Shown: positions 40,049 through 49,711 of the stretch, piece by piece | Layout of the letters: each line of letters begins with the position of its first letter | How positions within the stretch are numbered: position 1 is the stretch's first letter | Assembly (NCBI GenBank): GCA_002452155.1 | Contig: DKEK01000002.1 | Span: 1-62,354 of the forward strand | Length of the DNA stretch: 62,354 nt | Direction of reading: 5' to 3' | Source: Candidatus Saccharibacteria bacterium UBA6824 | GTDB taxonomy: Bacteria; Patescibacteriota; Saccharimonadia; Saccharimonadales; UBA10212 | Notes under the pieces: model-generated | Database searches by the model: none | The model's input: only the letters and a program-made list of their open reading frames with translations | What the model was told of the DNA's origin: nothing | Made by a program: the position numbers and the translations under genes

Positions 40049-40267
40049 ATGAAAGCACAACAACCGGATCATTTTCCCACTACAGGTGGAGAGACTCAAG
40101 GTAGTGGGTCATCCGATGAAGTTGAAGAAATTAGCACTGGTGAACGAGAGGGCGAAGAGTTGCGACGACCTTCTCGGCAATATAGAGAATTACAAGCTAC
40201 TCGATCCCGGCATGAATCTTCTGATAAAGTAAAGGAATTACCTCCCGCCCCAAGCGAGATAGAGTAA
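40049..40267 (+). CDS. Small acidic, low-complexity ORF (72 aa) between tuf and rpsJ
   Basis: ATG 8 nt after the tuf stop. E/S/G/R-rich and likely disordered. Coding status is uncertain. Confidence 0.35.
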   Translation: MKAQQPDHFPTTGGETQGSGSSDEVEEISTGEREGEELRRPSRQYRELQATRSRHESSDKVKELPPAPSEIE

Positions 40268-40273
40268 AAAGAG

Positions 40274-40618
40274 ATGGCAGAAGCTAAGAAAACAACCAAG
40301 ACAGAGCCGGAGATAAAGCAGCGGATTCGCATTCGCTTAAAGGCTTATGATCATAAAGTTATTGACCAATCTGCCAAGCAGATTGTTGAAACGGCTCTAC
40401 GAACTGGTGCCAACATTGCCGGGCCCATACCGCTGCCTACCAGAAAAAGCACTTACACCGTCGTCAAGAGCCCTCACGTCTATAAAAAGGGCCGCGAGCA
40501 GTTCGAAATGCGCGTCCACAAACGACTTATAGATATCAGCGACCCGACCCCCAAGACCATAGATTCGCTCATGAATCTCAGTCTTCCGGCTGGCTGTGAC
40601 GCCGAAATCAAGATGTAA
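40274..40618 (+). CDS. rpsJ: 30S ribosomal protein S10
   Basis: [24 protein letters not shown]...[24 protein letters not shown]. Confidence 0.96.
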   Translation: MAEAKKTTKTEPEIKQRIRIRLKAYDHKVIDQSAKQIVETALRTGANIAGPIPLPTRKSTYTVVKSPHVYKKGREQFEMRVHKRLIDISDPTPKTIDSLMNLSLPAGCDAEIKM

Positions 40619-40902
40619 TGAAAGATAAGATTGAACAGTCCGCTAATCAACAGCCGGATTATCCTGAATTAGAAAGAGATAGTCGCCTTCGTCTTATTTT
40701 GGAAAATCCTTTAGAGTATGACCGCCAAATGTCTGAGCAAATGAGAGCTCTTGAGAGCAAAAGTAAATTAAGTCGATGGCTTATCTTGAGAAAGAATGTT
40801 GAGTTACGAGATTATATCGAGTATAGAGAAGCGCAACAAAGTGTACGAGACGCACAGGAGAGTGCGTATAAAAATGAAGGGAGAGATATAGTTCTCTTCT
40901 AA
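40618..40902 (+). CDS. Orphan ORF (94 aa) translationally coupled to rpsJ
   Basis: ATG overlaps the rpsJ stop (TAATG). AT-rich, predicted helical and charged. No recognised motif. Confidence 0.45.
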   Translation: MKDKIEQSANQQPDYPELERDSRLRLILENPLEYDRQMSEQMRALESKSKLSRWLILRKNVELRDYIEYREAQQSVRDAQESAYKNEGRDIVLF

Positions 40903-40903
40903 C

Positions 40904-41290
40904 ATGGATAAGTACACAATCTTGCGGTTTAAGGACGTGCCGCCGCAGCATTTTGGCGGCGACCCGTCGGCAGTTGATGTACGCTTTTACCGGGACCAGC
41001 TAGGCATGGCCGGCGGCGGTATGACGATTATAAAAATTGGACCTGGCATAACTACACCGGCCCACACCCACAGAAACCAAGAAGAGGTCTACCTGGTGAT
41101 TGACAGCGAAGTGACCATTAAGCTCGAAGACAAACTAGTTAGACTTAAACCCTACGATGCCGTGCGTGTGCCTAAAGAGGTTAAACGGGCTCTGCGCAAT
41201 ATGGGGAAAGGTCCGGCCACTACCATCGCGTTTGGTACGCCAAACACCGGCCCAGGCGACGCTAACCCCATTGACAATTTCTGGGACTAA
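40904..41290 (+). CDS. Cupin-domain protein
   Basis: GITTPAHTHRNQEEVYLVIDSEV...LKPYDAVRVPKEV matches the two-motif cupin_2 pattern G(x)5HxH(x)3,4E and P(x)xxxxxN-like. ATG 1 nt after the preceding stop. Confidence 0.7.
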   Translation: MDKYTILRFKDVPPQHFGGDPSAVDVRFYRDQLGMAGGGMTIIKIGPGITTPAHTHRNQEEVYLVIDSEVTIKLEDKLVRLKPYDAVRVPKEVKRALRNMGKGPATTIAFGTPNTGPGDANPIDNFWD

Positions 41291-41310
41291 CTTGTGTTTT
41301 TTACAGCGGA

Positions 41311-41340
41311 TTGACTCTTGTCAATCTTTTATGGTAATCT
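41311..41340 (+). promoter_or_regulatory. Candidate internal promoter for rplC and the downstream S10/spc genes (TTGACT-N18-TAATCT), overlapped by the palindrome ATTGAC-tctt-GTCAAT
   Basis: Lies in the 183 nt non-coding gap between the cupin gene and rplC. TTGACT at 41311-41316 and TAATCT at 41335-41340. The 6 bp inverted repeat spans 41310-41325. Confidence 0.35.
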
Positions 41341-41473
41341 GTTACGGATACGGCTTTCGGAGCTGGGTATTGATTTGGTTTGCGAGCTAAAATCAGAGCC
41401 CCCGAACGAGTATTTTTATCTCATATGAAGCTAGTATTAACCATCAATAACTACCACGAAGGGCCAGGCTTAA

Positions 41474-42085
41474 GTGAAGGCACTAATCACGCGAAAATTA
41501 GGTATGACCAGCATCTTGGACGAAAAAGGTGCAGCTGTGCCTGTGACCCTGCTTTCCGCCAGCCCCAATGTAGTTACCCAACTTAAGTCCGAAGAAACAG
41601 ATGGCTACCGCGGCGTCCAACTTGGTTTCGAAACCACCAAGAAACCGTCCAAGCCCCAAACCGGCCACTTTAAGGCCTCTAAGGCCACACCGAAAATTAT
41701 CCGCGAGTTCCGTGTCACAGATGAAGACATAGATTTGAGCGTCGGCGACCACTTGGCCGCCGACGCTTTTTCAGTTGGAGACGTGGTAAAAGCCACCGGC
41801 CTCAGCAAAGGTAAAGGTTTTGCCGGCACCATTAAGCGCCACAACTTCCACCTCGGTCGCAAAACCCATGGCGGCCGCAGTTACCGCCGTCCGGGTTCTA
41901 TCGGTTCGATGTACCCACAGCGTATTTTCCCCGGCAAGAAAATGGCCGGCCAGATGGGCCACCAGAAAGTTACGACCAAGAACCTGCGCGTGGCTATTAT
42001 TGACACAGATCTCGGCGTTATCGGCTTAAGAGGCGCAGTACCGGGTCCCAAAAAGGGCCTGGTTTTAATTAGGGGAACTAAATAA
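41474..42085 (+). CDS. rplC: 50S ribosomal protein L3
   Basis: KALITRKLGMTSILDEKGAAVPVTLL...KGKGFAGTIKRHNF. GTG start. Confidence 0.96.
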   Translation: MKALITRKLGMTSILDEKGAAVPVTLLSASPNVVTQLKSEETDGYRGVQLGFETTKKPSKPQTGHFKASKATPKIIREFRVTDEDIDLSVGDHLAADAFSVGDVVKATGLSKGKGFAGTIKRHNFHLGRKTHGGRSYRRPGSIGSMYPQRIFPGKKMAGQMGHQKVTTKNLRVAIIDTDLGVIGLRGAVPGPKKGLVLIRGTK

Positions 42086-42726
42086 TGGCTGTGGTTACTT
42101 ATACTAAGGCTGGCGCTAAGGCCGCTAACCCCGCCAAGTTAGACAAGGCTGTCTTTGGCGTTAAGGTTGAAAATCATGAACTGCTGAAGGAAGCCTATTT
42201 GGCTTATCTGGCTAATGGTCGCAGTAATTACGCCAAAACTCTAAAACGCGGTGAAGTCCGCGGTGGCGGCATCAAGCCCTGGCGCCAAAAAGGCACCGGC
42301 CGGGCTCGCTTCGGCTCGAGCCGTAACCCGATCTGGACCGGCGGCGGCGTAGCCTTTGGCCCGACAGGTAACGAAAATTATAGCCGCCGGCTGAGCACAT
42401 CTTCCAAGCGAACAGCCCTTCGGCAGGCACTGAGCCTAGCTGCAGACGCCGATAAGCTGAAAGTTATCGAAACCTTTGCCTGCCCTGAAGGAAAGGTCAA
42501 ACCGACTATTGCGCTTTTGGATAAAATCGGTGCTGGCGGCACGGTCTTAATTGTAGTATCGCAAAAGCACGGCCTAGACGAACGAGCTACCAGAAATCTG
42601 CCGAATGTTAAAGTCGCCCAAGCTAAATACCTAAATGTTTTCGACATCATGAATGCTGACAATATCATTATCAGTCGTAAGTCTTTAGACATAGTCCACG
42701 AGTGGCTAGGAGACAAGAATGTCTAA
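42085..42726 (+). CDS. rplD: 50S ribosomal protein L4
   Basis: [35 protein letters not shown]. Confidence 0.96.
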   Translation: MAVVTYTKAGAKAANPAKLDKAVFGVKVENHELLKEAYLAYLANGRSNYAKTLKRGEVRGGGIKPWRQKGTGRARFGSSRNPIWTGGGVAFGPTGNENYSRRLSTSSKRTALRQALSLAADADKLKVIETFACPEGKVKPTIALLDKIGAGGTVLIVVSQKHGLDERATRNLPNVKVAQAKYLNVFDIMNADNIIISRKSLDIVHEWLGDKNV

Positions 42727-43048
42727 AATTCTGACCCTAAAACCCCGTTTAAGCGAAAAAGCCTACGGTCTTAGCGAACAAGGCAACGTTTATGTATTTG
42801 ACGTACCAACCACTGTCAACAGGCACACTATCGGCGACGCCGTAGCCACTCAATACGATGTCGGGGTGGTATCCGTAAAAATTGCCAGTACAGCCCGCAA
42901 GCCCATCAAGTCCTACAAAAAACGGGGCCGTAACATTACCAGTTCGCGGGCGGGCGTACGCAAGGCTTACGTAACATTGAAAGAGGGCGACAAACTGCCG
43001 GTTTTCGCCAGTTCTGACAGCGGCAAGTCCGATAAGGAGTCTAGCTAA
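42719..43048 (+). CDS. rplW: 50S ribosomal protein L23
   Basis: Position between rplD and rplB, and LKPRLSEKAY...YVFDV...KAYVTLKEG. Confidence 0.93.
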   Translation: MSKILTLKPRLSEKAYGLSEQGNVYVFDVPTTVNRHTIGDAVATQYDVGVVSVKIASTARKPIKSYKKRGRNITSSRAGVRKAYVTLKEGDKLPVFASSDSGKSDKESS

Positions 43049-43884
43049 TGCCAGTAAGGGAATATAAACCAACCAGCCCGGCCCGGCGTGGTATGAGCAC
43101 ACAGGATTTTGACGGTATTACGACCAAAAAACCGCTGAAAAGCTTGACGCTCATCAAGAAAGGCCCGGTGGCCCGTAATAACCAGGGGCGAATCACTACC
43201 CGCCACCGCGGCGGCGGTGTTCGCCGTTATTACCGCCTGCTTAACTTCAAGTTGGCGCCCGGTACAACGGCTACCATCGAGCAGATAGAATACGACCCCA
43301 ACCGCAGCGCCAGGATTGCTAGAATCAAAGACCAGGACGGCGCAAGTCACTATATTTTGGCCGCCAAAGGCATGAAGCCCGGCAAAAAGTTGGTTGTCGA
43401 GGAAGAAGCGGCCATCGAGCGAGGTAATCGGTTACCGCTAAAAAATATCCCTAATGGCACGGTTATCCACGCCGTTGAGCTGCAGCCGGGCCGCGGCGCC
43501 CAACTGGCCCGCACAGCCGGCGCTAGTGCTCATCTAGTCGCCAAAGAAGGCACCTGGGCCCAAGTCCGATTGCCTAGCGGCGAGGTGCGCTTGATAAGCA
43601 TTGAAGCTATGGCCTCTATCGGACCGGTCGGCAACGAGCAACACCAGAACGTTAAGATCGGCAGTGCCGGCCGAAAGCGCAAAATGGGTATCCGTCCCAG
43701 CGTCCGTGGCGTGGTCATGGCGGCCGCCGACCACCCGCATGGTGGTGGTGACGGCGGCCGGCACCGGATGGCCCGGCCGCCGACAACCCCTTGGGGACAG
43801 AAAACCCTGGGCTATAAGACCCGTCGTCGTAAGACCAGCAATAAGTTTATTGTCAGAACCAGACACCAGGGAAAGAGGAGATAA
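43048..43884 (+). CDS. rplB: 50S ribosomal protein L2
   Basis: RHRGGGVRRYYRLLNFK...MAAADHPHGGGDG. Confidence 0.97.
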   Translation: MPVREYKPTSPARRGMSTQDFDGITTKKPLKSLTLIKKGPVARNNQGRITTRHRGGGVRRYYRLLNFKLAPGTTATIEQIEYDPNRSARIARIKDQDGASHYILAAKGMKPGKKLVVEEEAAIERGNRLPLKNIPNGTVIHAVELQPGRGAQLARTAGASAHLVAKEGTWAQVRLPSGEVRLISIEAMASIGPVGNEQHQNVKIGSAGRKRKMGIRPSVRGVVMAAADHPHGGGDGGRHRMARPPTTPWGQKTLGYKTRRRKTSNKFIVRTRHQGKRR

Positions 43885-43888
43885 GTAG

Positions 43889-44227
43889 ATGAGCAGATCG
43901 CTTAAAAAAGGACCATATATCGACCCTAAATTGGCCAAGAAAGTTGCCGCCCTGGGGCCAGAAGACCGCACCGTCATCAAGACTTGGGCTAGGGCCTGCA
44001 GCATTGCGCCGGAGTTTGTCGGCCGGACGATCGCCGTCCATAACGGTAAAGTCCATGTACCGGTCTTCATTACTGAAAATATGGTTGGCCACAAGCTTGG
44101 TGAATTTTCGCCGACCCGTAAGTTCCGGGGCCACGGCGGCAAATTAGCCAAGAGTCAGGGGACAAACATATCAGATAAAGTCTCTACTAACGTCCAAACC
44201 AAAGTGACTGACGAGGCTAAGGAGTAG
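43889..44227 (+). CDS. rpsS: 30S ribosomal protein S19 (with a C-terminal extension of about 20 aa)
   Basis: [15 protein letters not shown]...[35 protein letters not shown]. Confidence 0.96.
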   Translation: MSRSLKKGPYIDPKLAKKVAALGPEDRTVIKTWARACSIAPEFVGRTIAVHNGKVHVPVFITENMVGHKLGEFSPTRKFRGHGGKLAKSQGTNISDKVSTNVQTKVTDEAKE

Positions 44228-44229
44228 TT

Positions 44230-44610
44230 ATGGCAGTCAAGGCAGTTTATAACGGTGTTAGAATGAGCCCGCGTAAAGTCGACGTGGTAGCGGCGCTAGT
44301 GCGGGGCCGCACAGTTGCCGACGCCGTCACAATCTTAGACCACACTCCGCGCCGGGCGGCGCAAGCTGTTAAAAAAGCAGTAGTCAGTGCCGGCGCCAAC
44401 GCCGAGCACAACCATAACTACAAGCCGGACACGCTGTATATATCTGAAATTAGTATCACGCCGGGGGTGCGCTACAAGCGTTACCGGGCGGCAGCTCGCG
44501 GCCGGGCCTTAAAGTTCCAGCGGGCCACAAGCCAGATAAGAGTGCTGGTCGATGGCGATAAGCGTGTGGTTAAAAAAACAGCTGCGGCAGCCGACGGGGA
44601 GTCCAAATAA
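44230..44610 (+). CDS. rplV: 50S ribosomal protein L22
   Basis: VRMSPRKVDVVAALVRGRTVADAVTILDHTPRRAA. Confidence 0.95.
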   Translation: MAVKAVYNGVRMSPRKVDVVAALVRGRTVADAVTILDHTPRRAAQAVKKAVVSAGANAEHNHNYKPDTLYISEISITPGVRYKRYRAAARGRALKFQRATSQIRVLVDGDKRVVKKTAAAADGESK

Positions 44611-45242
44611 TGGGACAGAAAGTTAACCCAATTAGCATGCGGCTACAGGTCAATAAAGATTGGCGCTCTAAATGGTTCGCTAATAAAAAGGAATACACCG
44701 AATATCTTAAGCAAGACCTGGCGGTTCGCCGTCTGATAATTAGCAAGCTTGGCTCGCGGGCGGCTATTTCTAAAGTCGATATTGAGCGCTCACCCAATTT
44801 AGTGACCGTAACCATCCAGACGGCCAAGGCCGGCGTGGTTATTGGCCGCGGCGGTGCCGGTGCCACCGAGCTTAAGAGCGAGATTGAAAAGCTATATGGC
44901 GTGCCGGTGCGGGTCAATATCGAAGAAATTAAGCGCCCCGAGCTCCAGGCTAAACTGGTAGCCGAAAATATAGCCCATCAGCTGGAACGCCGGATTGCCT
45001 TTAGGCGGGCCATGAAGTCCTCGGCTGCCGCTACCATGCGGGCTGGCGCCAAAGGCGTAAGAATTGAGCTCGCCGGCCGTCTGGGTGGCAATGAAATGTC
45101 GCGCCGCGAAAAAGAAGTCCAGGGCAGTGTACCGCTACATACCATCCGGGCTGATATTGATTTTGCCAGTGCCCGCGCCCAGTATCCGGGAGCTGGTATT
45201 ATCGGTGTTAAAGTCTGGGTTTATAGGGGGGAGAGCCAATAA
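44610..45242 (+). CDS. rpsC: 30S ribosomal protein S3
   Basis: MGQKVNPISMRLQVNKDWRSKWFA...GRLGGNEMSRRE. Confidence 0.97.
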   Translation: MGQKVNPISMRLQVNKDWRSKWFANKKEYTEYLKQDLAVRRLIISKLGSRAAISKVDIERSPNLVTVTIQTAKAGVVIGRGGAGATELKSEIEKLYGVPVRVNIEEIKRPELQAKLVAENIAHQLERRIAFRRAMKSSAAATMRAGAKGVRIELAGRLGGNEMSRREKEVQGSVPLHTIRADIDFASARAQYPGAGIIGVKVWVYRGESQ

Positions 45243-45658
45243 TGTTAATGCCCTCTAGAACCAAATACCGCAAAGTCCGCAAAGGTAAAGTGCACGGCGG
45301 CAGCGCCACTAGTCTGAACGAACTGGCCTATGGCCGCTACGGTTTGGTCTCTAAGCAAACCGAGCGCATTAGTAGCCGCCAGATCGAGGCCGCCCGCCAG
45401 GCGATGACCCGCTATGTCAAACGCGGCGGTCAGATTTGGATCCGCATATTCCCGCATACACCTGTCAGCCAGAAGCCGCTGGGCGCAAAAATGGGTAGCG
45501 GTAAAGGTAACCCTGAATTTTTTGTAGCTAAAGTTAAACCCGGCACCATAATGTTCGAAATGGACGGCGTGCCCGAAGAAACTGCCCGCGAAGCCATGCG
45601 CCTAGCCGGACACAAGCTGCCGGTGCGGACATTATTTATGGTCAAAGAGGAGCTATGA
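45242..45658 (+). CDS. rplP: 50S ribosomal protein L16
   Basis: MLMPSRTKYRKVRKGK...RIFPHTPVSQKPLGAKMGSGKGNPE. Confidence 0.97.
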   Translation: MLMPSRTKYRKVRKGKVHGGSATSLNELAYGRYGLVSKQTERISSRQIEAARQAMTRYVKRGGQIWIRIFPHTPVSQKPLGAKMGSGKGNPEFFVAKVKPGTIMFEMDGVPEETAREAMRLAGHKLPVRTLFMVKEEL

Positions 45659-45861
45659 TAGTGAAAATTGTTGATATTCGGAAGAAAAGTACCAATGACT
45701 TGGCTGTCCAAAGCACGCAGCTGCGCGAAGAAATTAGCGAAATGCGCCGCCGGCTTTACAGCGGTGAAGTTACCAATGTCCGGGCTATCCGGGCCAAGCG
45801 TCGGGACCTGGCACGGGTTATGACAGTTTTAGGCGAACAGCTAAGCAAGGAGAGCATCTAA
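45655..45861 (+). CDS. rpmC: 50S ribosomal protein L29
   Basis: Position and the LREEISEMRRRLYSGEVTNVRAIRAKRRDLARV pattern. Confidence 0.9.
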   Translation: MIVKIVDIRKKSTNDLAVQSTQLREEISEMRRRLYSGEVTNVRAIRAKRRDLARVMTVLGEQLSKESI

Positions 45862-46289
45862 TGGCCCGACAACTTACCGGGAAAGTAGCCAGTGACAAGA
45901 ACGACAAGACGATTGTCATTAGCGTTGCCAGCCGAAAAACCCACCCTATCTACAAAAAGCAGTACACGCGCAACACCAAGTTTATGGCCCATGATGAGCA
46001 GAACGAGGCCAAAACCGGCGACTTGGTAATAATCCGGGAAACTCGCCCGCTGTCGGCCAAAAAACGATTTATCTTAGAGCGAATTTTAGAAAAAGCCCAC
46101 GCCGGATTTGTGGAAACTGACGCCACTGCCGATGTTCCGGAGGAACCCAAAGAAAAGCAGCCGGTAAACGTTGAGAGGCCTGTAGTGGCTGCCGAAGCGA
46201 CCGAAGCCGCACTCAATGAAGATAAGCCCAAAAAGGCCGCCAAATCTAAAAAAGCAGCCGAAGCAACAGATAAGGAAAGCCAAGAATGA
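45861..46289 (+). CDS. rpsQ: 30S ribosomal protein S17 with a K/A/E-rich C-terminal extension of about 60 aa
   Basis: [16 protein letters not shown]...[43 protein letters not shown], then a low-complexity tail. Confidence 0.93.
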   Translation: MARQLTGKVASDKNDKTIVISVASRKTHPIYKKQYTRNTKFMAHDEQNEAKTGDLVIIRETRPLSAKKRFILERILEKAHAGFVETDATADVPEEPKEKQPVNVERPVVAAEATEAALNEDKPKKAAKSKKAAEATDKESQE

Positions 46290-46657
46290 TCCAGCAAGAA
46301 TCACGCCTAATAGCAGCCGATAACAGCGGTGCCCGCCAGCTGCTTTGTATCCGTGTACTTGGCGGTTCGGGCCGGCGCTACGCCGGCGTTGGCGACGTCA
46401 TTGTGGCCAGCGTTAAAACGGCCAACCCGGCCGGGGCTGTTAAGCGAAAAAGCATCGTTAAAGCGGTCGTTGTCCGGACCAAAAAACCGATTCGGCGGGC
46501 CGACGGCTCGACCGTAGCTTTTGACGATAACGCCGCCGTTGTGCTGGGAGAAGATAATAAAACACCCCGCGGCACCCGTATCTTTGGGCCCGTCCCCCGC
46601 GAGCTGCGCGAAAAGGGTTATGGCCGTATCATTTCGCTGGCACCGGAGGTCCTGTAA
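46286..46657 (+). CDS. rplN: 50S ribosomal protein L14
   Basis: [28 protein letters not shown]. Confidence 0.97.
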   Translation: MIQQESRLIAADNSGARQLLCIRVLGGSGRRYAGVGDVIVASVKTANPAGAVKRKSIVKAVVVRTKKPIRRADGSTVAFDDNAAVVLGEDNKTPRGTRIFGPVPRELREKGYGRIISLAPEVL

Positions 46658-46989
46658 TGCAAAAGACTATTTATAAAATCAGTCTCAAGAAGGGCGACAC
46701 CGTAATGGTCCGAAGCGGTAAATACAGAGGCCATAGCGGCAAGGTTTTGGCCGTACACCCAGCGCTTAACAAAGTCACCGTTGACGGGGTTAATATAGTT
46801 AAGAAGCATCAAAAACCCACGAGGGCCAACCCAACGGGCGGCATTATCGAGTTGACCAAGCCAATCTGGGTCGGCAAGGTTGGTATTTTGGACTCCGGTG
46901 CTAAAAAGCCATCAAGAATTGGCTATAAAGTCGGTAAGGACGGCGCTAAGACGCGCGTCCTTAAGTCCAGTGGCAAGGAGATCAAGTAA
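46657..46989 (+). CDS. rplX: 50S ribosomal protein L24
   Basis: LKKGDTVMVRSGKYRGHSGKVLAV (KOW motif). Confidence 0.94.
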   Translation: MQKTIYKISLKKGDTVMVRSGKYRGHSGKVLAVHPALNKVTVDGVNIVKKHQKPTRANPTGGIIELTKPIWVGKVGILDSGAKKPSRIGYKVGKDGAKTRVLKSSGKEIK

Positions 46990-47582
46990 TGGTCCAGGCA
47001 ACGGCCGCGAAGACTAAATCCGATACATACACGCCCCGGCTGAAGAAGCTATATGTCGATGAAATCGCCAAACAGCTCAAAGACGAGCTAAACTTGTCTA
47101 ATATTCATGATGCGCCGCGACTGGAAAAGATTGTCATTAACGTTGGCCTGGGCCGCGCCAAAGACGATAAGCGTCTGCTGGAAGTAGCCGAAAACACTCT
47201 CATCAAGATTACCGGCCAAAAACCCGTCCAGACAGTCGCCAAGCAATCTATCGCCAGCTTTAAGCTACGCGAAGGGAGTAAAATCGGGCTCAAAGTCACG
47301 CTAAGGGACAGCCGGATGTATGAATTTGCCGACCGTTTCATTAATCTGGTACTGCCGCGGCTGCGTGACTTCCATGGTGTCAGCGCCCAGTCCTTTGATA
47401 AGCAGGGTAATTATTCAATCGGCCTCGGTGACCAATCGGTGTTTCCGGAGCTGAGCTATGAAGAGACTGCCACCCCACACGGTCTTCAGGTAGTGTTAGC
47501 TGTTAAATCTAAAAGCCCTCACCACGCCCGGGCACTTCTAGAAAAGTTTGGCGTGCCGTTTGAAAAAGAAGGAGTTAGGTAA
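46989..47582 (+). CDS. rplE: 50S ribosomal protein L5
   Basis: [13 protein letters not shown]...[27 protein letters not shown]. Confidence 0.96.
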   Translation: MVQATAAKTKSDTYTPRLKKLYVDEIAKQLKDELNLSNIHDAPRLEKIVINVGLGRAKDDKRLLEVAENTLIKITGQKPVQTVAKQSIASFKLREGSKIGLKVTLRDSRMYEFADRFINLVLPRLRDFHGVSAQSFDKQGNYSIGLGDQSVFPELSYEETATPHGLQVVLAVKSKSPHHARALLEKFGVPFEKEGVR

Positions 47583-47851
47583 TGGCTAAAAAATCAATGT
47601 TAGCCCGCGATGTTAAGCGCGATAAGATGATTGAGAAATATGCAGACAGGCGGGCCGAGCTTAAGGCCGCCGGCGACTTGGAGGGCTTGGCAATGTTGCC
47701 CAAAAACAGTAGTCCGAGCCGGCAGAAAAACCGCTGCGCCGAAACCGGCCGGCCGCGCGGCTACATGCGTCAGTTTGGCTTGTCGCGGATTGCTTTTCGC
47801 GAACACGCCAGCCGGGGTGAAATCCCTGGCGTAACTAAGAGTAGCTGGTAA
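47582..47851 (+). CDS. rpsN: 30S ribosomal protein S14 (long, Cys-poor form)
   Basis: [13 protein letters not shown]...[24 protein letters not shown]...GVTKSSW. 89 aa, no CxxC pairs. Confidence 0.95.
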   Translation: MAKKSMLARDVKRDKMIEKYADRRAELKAAGDLEGLAMLPKNSSPSRQKNRCAETGRPRGYMRQFGLSRIAFREHASRGEIPGVTKSSW

Positions 47852-47859
47852 GGAGCAGT

Positions 47860-48255
47860 ATGGTATCCACAGACCCCATCGCCGACATGTTGAGCCGCAT
47901 CCGTAACGCTATCGCGGTTGGCAAGCCGGAAATTAGCCTGCCTCATTCTGCCCAAAAAGAGAGGGTGGCAACTATTTTAGTTAAAAACGGCTTCCTACAT
48001 TCCGTAAAATCAGCCGAGGAAGACGGCTGGAAGGTTTTAAATATTGCCATTAACACTTCTGATACCAGCCCGGCGATTACAGAAATTAACCGCTTAAGCC
48101 GGCCTGGACGCCGTGAATACGTCAAGGCTAAAGAGATACCAGTGCTCAAGCGCGGCCGTGGCATCGTTGTTGTTTCAACCAGCAAGGGTGTGATGAGCGG
48201 AGAAGAAGCCCGGCACCAGAAGCTCGGCGGCGAATTAATCTGCCAGGTGTATTAG
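47860..48255 (+). CDS. rpsH: 30S ribosomal protein S8
   Basis: DPIADMLSRIRNA...GIVVVSTSKGVMSGEEARHQKLGGELICQVY. Confidence 0.96.
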   Translation: MVSTDPIADMLSRIRNAIAVGKPEISLPHSAQKERVATILVKNGFLHSVKSAEEDGWKVLNIAINTSDTSPAITEINRLSRPGRREYVKAKEIPVLKRGRGIVVVSTSKGVMSGEEARHQKLGGELICQVY

Positions 48256-48264
48256 GGGATAATC

Positions 48265-48807
48265 ATGAGTCGAATAGGCAAAGTACCCATTGAGCTACCG
48301 AACGGCGTAAGCGTCGCCATTGACCGTGGTAGCATTAACGTTAGCGGGCCTAAGGGCTCGCTAAGCCAATTTACGATGCCGGGGATTAAAGTCACCACAG
48401 AGGGCGGCCAGGTGGTGGTTGGGCGGGAGAACGACGAGCGGCAGAACCGCTCTAAGCACGGTTTGATGCGGACCCTAATTAGCAACATGGTCACCGGCGT
48501 CAGCCAGGGCTTTGAACGCAAACTGGAAATCAATGGTGTCGGTTACCGGGTCGCCCAAGCCGGACCCGACCTGAAGTTCAATCTTGGATTTTCCCACGAT
48601 GTGGTGTATAAAGTACCAGCTGGTATCACGGTGGGAATAGAACAAAACATCATTTCGCTCAGCGGCATTGATAAACAGCAAGTCGGCCAGGTAGCCGCCG
48701 AAATCAGAGCCCTTAAAAAGCCGGAACCCTATAAGGGCAAAGGTATAAAGTACGTCGAAGAGCGGATTATCCGCAAGAGCGGAAAAAGCGGTAAGGAAAT
48801 AGCCTAA
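48265..48807 (+). CDS. rplF: 50S ribosomal protein L6
   Basis: MSRIGKVPIELPNGVSV...EPYKGKGIKY. Confidence 0.96.
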   Translation: MSRIGKVPIELPNGVSVAIDRGSINVSGPKGSLSQFTMPGIKVTTEGGQVVVGRENDERQNRSKHGLMRTLISNMVTGVSQGFERKLEINGVGYRVAQAGPDLKFNLGFSHDVVYKVPAGITVGIEQNIISLSGIDKQQVGQVAAEIRALKKPEPYKGKGIKYVEERIIRKSGKSGKEIA

Positions 48808-48811
48808 AATT

Positions 48812-49165
48812 ATGGACAGATTAAGCCACAAATATCAAACGGCCAGCCGGCGGGCGGGCCGCGTTAGGACGAAAATTAGCGGCACGCTTGAGCGCCCCCG
48901 ACTTAGCGTACACGTCAGCAATTTACACATCAGCGCCCAGATAGTGGATGACAGTAGTGGCAAAACCCTGTCTTATGCTACGACTGTCGGTAAAAATTTG
49001 GAAGGCAATATGACCGCCAAAGCCGCGGTTATCGGCGAAGAGATTGCTAAAAAGGCCGTTAAGGCCAAGGTGAGGAAGGTAGTTTTTGATAGAGGCGCTA
49101 AGAATTATCACGGCCGGGTAAAAACCTTAGCCGAGGCTGCCCGGGCCAACGGACTGGAGTTTTAA
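48812..49165 (+). CDS. rplR: 50S ribosomal protein L18
   Basis: RPRLSVHVSNLHISAQIVDD...VVFDRGAKNYHGRVKTLAEAARANGLEF. Confidence 0.95.
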   Translation: MDRLSHKYQTASRRAGRVRTKISGTLERPRLSVHVSNLHISAQIVDDSSGKTLSYATTVGKNLEGNMTAKAAVIGEEIAKKAVKAKVRKVVFDRGAKNYHGRVKTLAEAARANGLEF

Positions 49166-49711
49166 ATGGCTGACACCAGACATCGTAATATTCAAGTTGA
49201 AGCCAAGGAATTTGACGAGCGGGTGGTTTTTATCAACCGGGTAGCCCGCGTTGTTAAAGGCGGCCGTCGCTTCCGTTTTCAGGCCCTGGTTATTCTGGGC
49301 GACCATAAAGGCCGGGTTGGTGCCGGTGTTAGCAAGGGAGCTGACGTTACAGCAGCTATTACCAAAGCCACGGAAGTGGCCAAGAAAAACCTTATAAACC
49401 TGCCAATTTACAATGGCACGCTGGCCCACGACGTCGAAGCCAAAACCAGCGGTGCCCGTATCTTAATACTGCCGGCGGCACCGGGCACCGGCTTGATCGC
49501 CGGAGGTGTGGTGCGCACAGTTTTGGAGGTCGCCGGCTACGAAAACGCTTTGTCTAAGTCACATGGGTCGTCTAACCGTCTCAATATGACCTACGCCACC
49601 TTGGAGGCGCTAAAAGGCCTGGAACCCTCTGCCAAGTGGGTAACAAGGGCTAAGCGGCCCCAGACCAAGGCTAAAGCTCCGGCCAAAGCCAAAGCCGAGG
49701 CAAAGCAGTGA
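49166..49711 (+). CDS. rpsE: 30S ribosomal protein S5 (with a K/A-rich C-terminal tail)
   Basis: VVFINRVARVVKGGRRFRFQALVILGD..GRVGAGVSKG. Confidence 0.96.
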   Translation: MADTRHRNIQVEAKEFDERVVFINRVARVVKGGRRFRFQALVILGDHKGRVGAGVSKGADVTAAITKATEVAKKNLINLPIYNGTLAHDVEAKTSGARILILPAAPGTGLIAGGVVRTVLEVAGYENALSKSHGSSNRLNMTYATLEALKGLEPSAKWVTRAKRPQTKAKAPAKAKAEAKQ

